Origin: a virus
Strand: one strand, 5' to 3'
DNA length: 36,520 nt
IMG/VR virus record: IMGVR_UViG_3300040809_000504
Location: 1 to 36,520 of that record
A program made the translations under genes and the position numbers. Below the pieces are notes generated by a model, which did not search any database, was not told the origin of the DNA, and saw nothing but the letters and a program-made list of their open reading frames with translations. Shown piece by piece: positions 15,528 through 22,167 of the stretch (positions within the stretch are counted from its first letter, which is position 1; each line of letters opens with the position of its first letter).

Positions 15528-15551
15528 AATCACCTCTTTTGCTTTTTTCTA

Positions 15552-15580
15552 ACTATAAACGCACAAAATAAAAATTGCAA
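15552..15580 (-). promoter_or_regulatory. Sigma70-like promoter for the leftward cassette: TTGCAA, 17-nt spacer, TATAGT.
   Basis: On the minus strand, -35 is at 15580-15575 and -10 is at 15557-15552. Confidence 0.55.
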
Positions 15581-15602
15581 ATTATTTTTACTAGGTTAAA
15601 CT
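15575..15602 (+). promoter_or_regulatory. Sigma70-like promoter for 15635..16319: TTGCAA, 16-nt spacer, TAAACT.
   Basis: -35 at 15575-15580 (the same palindromic hexamer used by the minus-strand promoter) and -10 at 15597-15602. Confidence 0.5.
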
Positions 15603-15634
15603 GTGATGGCGTTAAATTAAAATAAAGGTGATTT

Positions 15635-15931
15635 ATGATAAATCAGGAGTTTTTAACAGATTCAATCGAGAGGGTAAAAAACTTACTTCTTTTTATTGCG
15701 TTTTATTTCTTTTCATCTTGGGTTTTTCTATTTGTTACTTTGCTTTTTCTAAAGCTTATTGGCCATATTGAATATACGTTTACAGATATTTCATATATAA
15801 GAGTTGAATCATGGCTAGATGAAAACGAAAAAAACGCAGCTAAACTTTATTATTACTGTGCTTTAGGTTGGGCTGTTATTCTTTGCGTATTACGAGTTGA
15901 TAAATTATTAAAAGGTGGTAAAAATGATTGA
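15635..15931 (+). CDS. Small membrane protein (2-3 TM).
   Basis: 98 aa. SD ATAAAGGTGATTTATG, with hydrophobic segments. Confidence 0.6.
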   Translation: MINQEFLTDSIERVKNLLLFIAFYFFSSWVFLFVTLLFLKLIGHIEYTFTDISYIRVESWLDENEKNAAKLYYYCALGWAVILCVLRVDKLLKGGKND

Positions 15932-16319
15932 TGAATTCTTAAGTTTCGAGCCAGATGCGGGTGAAAGCATTGACCGCGAAAGAAAGCCTGTTGATATTGA
16001 AGAGCCAGTTTATACAGATGAAATGCTTGCCAATGGCGATCCAATACCTGTTGGCGCATTAGTGCTTTTTCATGCCAAGGGTGGTAGCAGTATAGATAAG
16101 GTATACCAAGAAGGTGTTTGTTTATGGTGCGGAGATCATATTGCGATATTAAGAAATAAAAACGGGACTGAGAAAGCTGTTAAATACAAGCGTAACAACA
16201 AAATAAAGGTTGCACCAACAATTCATAATGAACTGCTTAATTTACTGCGTGAAAAGGTTGGTGCTATTGAGTTTGTGAATGAATTAATAAAGCGCTATGA
16301 AGTAATACCAAAAACCTAA
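15924..16319 (+). CDS. Hypothetical cytoplasmic protein.
   Basis: 131 aa from the ATG at 15924, which follows AAAGGTGG. The track GTG at 15915 lies inside the SD. Confidence 0.55.
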   Translation: MIDEFLSFEPDAGESIDRERKPVDIEEPVYTDEMLANGDPIPVGALVLFHAKGGSSIDKVYQEGVCLWCGDHIAILRNKNGTEKAVKYKRNNKIKVAPTIHNELLNLLREKVGAIEFVNELIKRYEVIPKT

Positions 16320-16320
16320 A

Positions 16321-16349
16321 TTTCAAATAACCAAAACTAATGTTATAAT
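16321..16349 (+). promoter_or_regulatory. Possible extended -10 promoter (TGTTATAAT).
   Basis: TGnTATAAT at 16341-16349 with a weak -35 TTTCAA at 16321-16326. It abuts the terminator hairpin. Confidence 0.35.
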
Positions 16350-16350
16350 T

Positions 16351-16378
16351 AAGCCAAGTTGAATTAACTGGCTTTTTT
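16351..16378 (+). terminator. Rho-independent terminator.
   Basis: AAGCC(A)AGTT-(5 nt)-AACTGGCTT followed by T6, ending one base before the ATG at 16379. Confidence 0.6.
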
Positions 16379-16921
16379 ATGGTTTTAATTGTTGAAGATG
16401 GAACGGTTGTACCAAATGCTGATAGTTTTTTGTCATTAGCTGACGCTAGGGCAATGGCGGCTAATTACGGAATAACATTACCAGAAGATGATACACAAGC
16501 GGAAGTTGATTTAAGGCTTGGTTATTCTGGCTTGCTAATTTATGAACCAACACTTTCTGGCCAGCGAGTTAGTGCAGAGCAAACTGGAATTTACCCAAGG
16601 CAAAACGCTTACCTAAATTGCTTTCTTGTTGCTGATGATGTGATACCAAATGAAGTGAAGTTAGCTCAACTTTATTATGCTGGCGCAGTGACCAGTGGCC
16701 TTGACGTCAATGAAACTGATGACGGCAATCAATTAGCTAGCTTTGAGGTTGTGGACGTTTATAAAGAGTCATACAAAGATTCATCGTCAACATCATTTAA
16801 TACGCGCGTAAAAGGGGCTATAAACGCGCTTAACCCGCTAACCAAGTCATACCTTTCAACAGTGTGCGGTTTTGGTTCTGGTGGCGGTTTGTATCGCGAT
16901 GGTATGGGTTATATGCCATGA
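16379..16921 (+). CDS. Head-tail adaptor (DnaT-like/gp6-like connector).
   Basis: N-terminal MVLIVEDGTVVPNADSFLSLADARAMA matches the usual IVEDGTG..ANSY.S.A.AD.Y signature of this family. Confidence 0.65.
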   Translation: MVLIVEDGTVVPNADSFLSLADARAMAANYGITLPEDDTQAEVDLRLGYSGLLIYEPTLSGQRVSAEQTGIYPRQNAYLNCFLVADDVIPNEVKLAQLYYAGAVTSGLDVNETDDGNQLASFEVVDVYKESYKDSSSTSFNTRVKGAINALNPLTKSYLSTVCGFGSGGGLYRDGMGYMP

Positions 16922-17298
16922 GCAGCAATCAATTAAGAGCTAAAATAGCTAAAGGACTAAAAAAAGCTGTTATTAAAACAGGATCAAACAATAGCGAACC
17001 TGTTTATCTTGTTGGTAAAAGCACAACAGGTGGAACGCCATTAAATCCTGGTGTTGTGATAAAAACTAAAATCTTGTTAAAAGACGCTATATTTAAAGAA
17101 TATGGCAAAACTTTGAATGATAAAAACATACAGCAGGGCGATAGATTGCTAGTTAGCCAATATGATGTACCAATAAAACAAGGTGACAAAATACAGCAAA
17201 GCGATACAATTTACATGGTTGTTAGTGTTGAAGAAAAGGCACCAACATCTGATGTTTTAATTTATTTTAGCCAGTTAAGGGTGCAACATGCCGCTTAA
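16918..17298 (+). CDS. Head-closure / head-tail joining protein.
   Basis: 127 aa from MSSNQLRAK (ATGA overlap). The call is positional. The longer track start at 16864 was rejected. Confidence 0.45.
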   Translation: MSSNQLRAKIAKGLKKAVIKTGSNNSEPVYLVGKSTTGGTPLNPGVVIKTKILLKDAIFKEYGKTLNDKNIQQGDRLLVSQYDVPIKQGDKIQQSDTIYMVVSVEEKAPTSDVLIYFSQLRVQHAA

Positions 17299-17728
17299 GG
17301 GTAGAGAAAAATTAAATATGGCTATCGGCGACTCCATGAAAAGGATTAACGCAGCCGTAAAGCAAATTTACTTTTCAGCGTTGCAAGACATAGTTGAACT
17401 AACACCAGTTGACACAGGTAGAGCCAGAAATAACTGGTTTTTAACTGTAACAAATCCATCAGTTAAAGAAACTGGCACAGGTGGATCAAATCAACTTGAA
17501 AAATTACCCGAAAATGTTTTAGGTAAAAAGATATTTTTCACTAACAACTTGCCATACATGACAACATTGGAATATGGCGGCTTCCCCAATCCTGTAAAAC
17601 TCGGCTCTTATGATAAGCAGCTTGGTACATACGTTAAATTATCGGAAGGTGGGTTTAGCAAGCAAGCACCGCAAGGGTTTGTTAGAATAAGCTTAAAACG
17701 TGCACAACAGAAGATAAAGCAGATATGA
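17288..17728 (+). CDS. HK97 gp10-family neck/tail-completion protein.
   Basis: The TPVDTGRARNNW motif is present. Confidence 0.7.
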   Translation: MPLKGREKLNMAIGDSMKRINAAVKQIYFSALQDIVELTPVDTGRARNNWFLTVTNPSVKETGTGGSNQLEKLPENVLGKKIFFTNNLPYMTTLEYGGFPNPVKLGSYDKQLGTYVKLSEGGFSKQAPQGFVRISLKRAQQKIKQI

Positions 17729-18174
17729 GTCATAAAGCAATACGAGATACATTTCTAAGTTACTTTTTACCAAGATTGCCAAATGGCATAGATGCTGAAA
17801 ATGACGTTGTTTACGATGGTCAAAGTCTTAACAGTCAGTTAAGCAAGAAAAAGTTTATAGCAATTTACTTTTCGCCTGTTGACGCGCCAAGAACAGGCAA
17901 AAGCATTGCAAACTCAAAGCAAAATGAAGGTTTTTTTCAAGTGTCTTGCTATGAGTCAAGAAACGATGAAGACAACAACCGCCAACAATTTGACACTACG
18001 TTATTAAACATGGTGGATTCAGTACAGAGTGTATTTGATGCGGTAAATAATATAGAATACAATGGACAAGAGGTTAGCATAACAAATGTTAGAGCTAATC
18101 AATTACAGTATGATAATGGTTACATAAAACAAGATGTAACCATTGATTTCTTAGCCTATACAGCGAGGGTTTAA
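17725..18174 (+). CDS. Tail terminator candidate.
   Basis: 149 aa, positioned between the gp10-like gene and the major tail protein gene. Confidence 0.45.
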   Translation: MSHKAIRDTFLSYFLPRLPNGIDAENDVVYDGQSLNSQLSKKKFIAIYFSPVDAPRTGKSIANSKQNEGFFQVSCYESRNDEDNNRQQFDTTLLNMVDSVQSVFDAVNNIEYNGQEVSITNVRANQLQYDNGYIKQDVTIDFLAYTARV

Positions 18175-18176
18175 CA

Positions 18177-18581
18177 ATGGCTGATGAACAAAACGGCACA
18201 AAAGTAGTTATTCGTAAAACAGCAACGCCATCTGAAATTATTGGTCAGATGGAATTAACGCACGCTATCAACGGCACGCCAATTGATATTTCAAATAAAA
18301 GTGCTGGTGACGATGTTCTTTTGCTAGATGGTGAGGTTAGCTCTCAACAGCATGTATTTAGCGGCAATATGGTTTGGAATAGCGACACAAACTATCAAAC
18401 GATGTTAACTGAGTCATTAACTTGTACTCAAGATGATTATGATGTTGTTTACCCTGGGGCAACGCCTGTTGAATTTAGCGGTAAGTTTACGCCAAGCGGA
18501 ATTTCAATTTCATCACCGCATGGCGACAAGGTAACATCAAGCTTTACGCTTTCATCATCTGGCCCTGTTACAAAATCATAG
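18177..18581 (+). CDS. Major tail protein (small TP901-1/GTA-like type).
   Basis: 134 aa, directly upstream of the chaperone pair and the tape measure gene. Confidence 0.65.
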   Translation: MADEQNGTKVVIRKTATPSEIIGQMELTHAINGTPIDISNKSAGDDVLLLDGEVSSQQHVFSGNMVWNSDTNYQTMLTESLTCTQDDYDVVYPGATPVEFSGKFTPSGISISSPHGDKVTSSFTLSSSGPVTKS

Positions 18582-18582
18582 T

Positions 18583-19005
18583 ATGAATATAAAGTTATGC
18601 TATAAGGATTATCAAGCTAAAGTAACTATGGGCGCTATGCGCGAGTTTAAGACTGAAACTGGTAAAGATTTACTTTTTACTATGTCAAATGCTCTTGAGT
18701 GCTGGAAAGATACGCAGGGCATAGATTCAATTAGAACTCGCATAAACGCACTTGACAGGGCCGTATCAACTGATGACATTGTGATTGCTTTTTACCATTG
18801 CATAAAAGCTGTAAAGTCTGGTGTAAGCAAGGAAGAAATAGAAGACGCAGTATTTAGAGTTGGCCTTGTAAATCCTTGTGACAGCGTTTATACACAGCCT
18901 TACCCGCTAGTTTTTATACAATTTGCGCAAGATTTTGAAACAGAGCAATTGGAAGCGCTAAAATCAAAAAAGGCGGTTTCCGAAGGTTTATCAGAAGACG
19001 TTTAG
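18583..19005 (+). CDS. Tail assembly chaperone G.
   Basis: 140 aa, upstream of the tape measure gene, and contains a slippery heptamer near its 3' end. Confidence 0.7.
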   Translation: MNIKLCYKDYQAKVTMGAMREFKTETGKDLLFTMSNALECWKDTQGIDSIRTRINALDRAVSTDDIVIAFYHCIKAVKSGVSKEEIEDAVFRVGLVNPCDSVYTQPYPLVFIQFAQDFETEQLEALKSKKAVSEGLSEDV

Positions 19006-19211
19006 AAAGGTTTGAGATAGACCACTGGGTTTATTTTAAAGCTTGCATAAAAATGTTTAATATTAATCCTTCGGAGTTTTGGCAAATGTCTATGATTGAG
19101 ATTCTAAAGCTGCTAGAAGATGAAACGAATAAGGATGTAGATGTTTCACTAATGCTTAACTTTGAAAGAGAAATGAACGGAGCTAGCAAAGAGTGGCTAC
19201 AGAAAGTTTAA
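18583..19211 (+). CDS. Tail assembly chaperone G-T fusion (via a -1 frameshift at 18966-18972).
   Basis: The T part reads ...FEIDHWVYFKACIKMFNINPSEFWQMSMIEILKLL..., which resembles the DUF2376/GTA TAC motif (P.EFW..t..El). Confidence 0.6.
18966..18972 (+). promoter_or_regulatory. -1 programmed frameshift slippery heptamer A-AAA-AAG.
   Basis: In the zero frame it reads tcA AAA AAG. The -1 frame is open from 18939 to 19211. Confidence 0.7.
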
Positions 19212-21412
19212 TTATAGAGCTTGATGCGCAAACCGGCAGAGCTGATGCGGCGCTAAAAAACACCACCGAAAGCGTTAACAGGCTAGATAATTCTGTTGAT
19301 AATCTTGATAAATCAATTAACAACGCTAGCAGCGGGCTAGATAGTGCTGGCAATGCTATAAGTTCAGCAGGCAGCAAAGTCAACGAATTAGATTCATCTG
19401 TTAAAAAGTTGGATGGATCAATTGACTCGCTAAACTCAGAAGCCATTGAAAGCGCATCATCGCTAGATAAGGCAAAATCAAGCGCTGAAAATTTAAATCG
19501 AGAAATTAACACTTTAAGTTCAACTACTGATAAATACAAATCAAGCGCTGATAAGGCTTCACAATCTGCTAACGGAGCATCTGGCGAGCTGTCTGATTTA
19601 AATGATGAAACGAGCAAATTAAACTCATCACTTAACAGCTTGAGTTCATCTAATGCACAAGAATCATTAAACGATATAAACTCGTCATCAAAAAATTTAA
19701 AAAGTTCAATTAGCGAACTAGATGACTCAATTGACAACTTACAGTCTGAAACAACAAAAGCATCATCAAAAATAAATAAAACAAAAGCTGATTTTGACAA
19801 TTTAGATAAATCAGTAAACAAAGTTAACAAATCAACAAACCAATTAAATGCTAGCCAACAAAAAATAACGCCAGTCGCGCAAGGTGTATCAACAGCTCTT
19901 GGCGGCATTGGCGCTAAAGCTGGTCAAGCTGGTATACAAGTACAGCAATTTGTAGGGCAAATACAAGGCGGCCAATCTGCCATGTTAGCATTGTCACAAC
20001 AAGGTGCTGATTTAGGTTTTGTATTAGGCGCTCCACTCTTAGGTGCAATAGTCGGTATAGGCGCGTCCCTTGTAGGCATGGCAATGTCTATGGATTCAGC
20101 TAACAAAAAAATAGAAGAATTTAGTTTTAATGTATCAGAAGCAACGGAGGATTTGCAAGATCTAACAAAGGCACAGGTGGTGGTTGCTTTGAGGGAAACG
20201 GAAGCGGCCATGGATTCACTATCTAATCAAGCCGTTGAGTCTGGAAATAATATTTTTAGACTTTCTGAAATGCTAAATCAGGGTGAGAAAGAATCAGTAA
20301 GATTTACTAAGACTGGTACAGCAGTTATAGAAATGGTAAAGCTAACTGATGAAGAAATTAAAGAGCTAACAAAAGATCTTGAAGATGAAAAGGCTAAGTT
20401 AGATACTATTAACGAAGAATATAAAAAAACATCTGATTTACTCGTTACATTGACAACTAACACAAGCGGATATAAAAACGCCAATCAAGAGCAAAGCGAT
20501 TCTTTAGATAACCTATCAACAAGTTTAGAGCGCCAAATAATCGCGCTAGAACAAGGCGAAGAAGCGGCGTTTAGGTTTAGCACAGCACAGCAATTAGGTT
20601 TGCAAGTTGGTGAGCAAATACCGGAAAATATTGATCAACAAATAACAAAATATTTTGAGCTAATTGAAACTTTAAAAGTTTTAGAGGAGCAGAGAAAGCA
20701 AGAGCTACAAGATGAACAGCAATTAAATTCCCTAGTTGAAAGATTAAAAACAGAAGAAGAAAGGCTGTCAGAGCGTTTTGAAAGAGAGCGCGAGCTTATC
20801 GGTGAAAATGATGAATTAAAATTAGCGTTAGAGCAAGAATATCAAGATAATTTACAAAAAATTAAAGATGACGCAGCCAAAAAAGAAATATCTATTGCTG
20901 ATAAAAAAGCAAAAACAGAGCAATCTATTGAGCGTCAAAATGTATCGTCATTAATGAAAATAACTTCAGCATTGGTAGGTCATAACGACTCGATTGGAAA
21001 AATACTATTTGTATCATCGCAGGCGCTTGCTGCAAGCGAGGTGTTTTTCAATACACAAGTTGCAGCCATGCGAGCTTTGGCGGAATTAGGGCCAATAGCA
21101 GGGCCGCCAGTTGCAGCAGCAATAGAAACATCTGGCCAATTAAGCATTGCAGCTATTGCCGCTCAAACATTTGGCTCTTTATCTGGTGGTAGCTCATCTG
21201 GTGCTGGTGGCGTTGGCGGAACTTCAACGACAGCTCAAAACCAAGAAGAGGAATTTACGCAGCAAGCTGGTCCGCTATTAGATGTTACAGAGCAGCAAAC
21301 AGATGGTTCAGTGCAAACCATTAGAATACAATTAGAGTCTGACGATGGCACAGCTTTGGTTGATAAGCTTGCTGAAATGACAAGCGAAAGAATGGCGCAG
21401 GGTAGAATATGA
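19193..21412 (+). CDS. Tape measure protein.
   Basis: 739 aa with a GTG start. It has long coiled-coil-like Ser/Asn/Leu/Asp repeats, a central hydrophobic Gly/Ala-rich block and a C-terminal helical region. Confidence 0.85.
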   Translation: MATESLIIELDAQTGRADAALKNTTESVNRLDNSVDNLDKSINNASSGLDSAGNAISSAGSKVNELDSSVKKLDGSIDSLNSEAIESASSLDKAKSSAENLNREINTLSSTTDKYKSSADKASQSANGASGELSDLNDETSKLNSSLNSLSSSNAQESLNDINSSSKNLKSSISELDDSIDNLQSETTKASSKINKTKADFDNLDKSVNKVNKSTNQLNASQQKITPVAQGVSTALGGIGAKAGQAGIQVQQFVGQIQGGQSAMLALSQQGADLGFVLGAPLLGAIVGIGASLVGMAMSMDSANKKIEEFSFNVSEATEDLQDLTKAQVVVALRETEAAMDSLSNQAVESGNNIFRLSEMLNQGEKESVRFTKTGTAVIEMVKLTDEEIKELTKDLEDEKAKLDTINEEYKKTSDLLVTLTTNTSGYKNANQEQSDSLDNLSTSLERQIIALEQGEEAAFRFSTAQQLGLQVGEQIPENIDQQITKYFELIETLKVLEEQRKQELQDEQQLNSLVERLKTEEERLSERFERERELIGENDELKLALEQEYQDNLQKIKDDAAKKEISIADKKAKTEQSIERQNVSSLMKITSALVGHNDSIGKILFVSSQALAASEVFFNTQVAAMRALAELGPIAGPPVAAAIETSGQLSIAAIAAQTFGSLSGGSSSGAGGVGGTSTTAQNQEEEFTQQAGPLLDVTEQQTDGSVQTIRIQLESDDGTALVDKLAEMTSERMAQGRI

Positions 21413-22167
21413 GAATAACATTAAGCAACGTGTTAAAAGGTGTTGTGCCATCAGTTAAGGTTGGTGCAAGTCTTGATTTAGCTCAAAATCTAACTGACCC
21501 TGATTTTTCTACAACATATGAAAGCTCAAGCGTTAATGAAATTTCAATTTTTTTTGGTGCAACTCAATTAATTAGTAGCGCTTCAATTGCCGGTGTAAAT
21601 ATAGCGTCAGGCGTTGCCACTGGCACCTTTTCAGTTTATGACGGTAGCGAGTTTGTCGCATCCACAGTAATAAATAGAAATCATTGCGTTAGCGTTTTCT
21701 TTCCCAGCAGAACGTTTACAAACCTTAATTTCAAAGTAACATCATCTGGCGCGGCTATAAATCCAATAATCACCTATTGCGCTGCGGGTAGCTCGTTTGT
21801 AGTACCTAACAGCGGTGAAACATCTGGTTATAATCGCCAGTTTTTGGCAAGAAATTATCAACAGAAAATTACAACAAACCAATTTGCCGCACCAGTATCA
21901 ATATTGCGCAGGCCAAAACTAGCGCGCGGCAAATTAACATTACCAAACATGCTAAAATCGTTTACAGAAAACGAGTGGCAATTCTTTTTAGACTTCGCTA
22001 CAGATAATTATTTTTTTATTACTGAGCAAGAAAACGAAGAAGAAACAAACGTCAATAATACAACTTACATGTGTTACAATCTAACTAGCAACAGCGTCAC
22101 AGCTCACCAACAAACAAGGGCGCTTAATAACGTATCTATTGGATTTGATGTTTATAACGGCCTATGA
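21409..22167 (+). CDS. Distal tail protein candidate.
   Basis: 252 aa, the first gene after the tape measure gene, with overlapping start and stop. Confidence 0.45.
   Translation: MRITLSNVLKGVVPSVKVGASLDLAQNLTDPDFSTTYESSSVNEISIFFGATQLISSASIAGVNIASGVATGTFSVYDGSEFVASTVINRNHCVSVFFPSRTFTNLNFKVTSSGAAINPIITYCAAGSSFVVPNSGETSGYNRQFLARNYQQKITTNQFAAPVSILRRPKLARGKLTLPNMLKSFTENEWQFFLDFATDNYFFITEQENEEETNVNNTTYMCYNLTSNSVTAHQQTRALNNVSIGFDVYNGL

Noticed and set aside
16864-16917. Longer start for the head-closure gene (MRFWFWWRFVSRWYGLYA...).
   Set aside because: The extension overlaps the adaptor gene by 58 nt and reads as an unnatural W/F/R-rich sequence. ATG 16918 gives the ATGA coupling seen throughout the operon.
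19183-20484. Minus-strand ORFs 19183..19908 (241 aa), 19924..20211 and 20278..20484, antisense to the tape measure gene.
   Set aside because: They are low-complexity shadows of the Ser/Asn/Asp/Leu-rich coiled-coil coding region. They have no SD and would interrupt the conserved tail operon.
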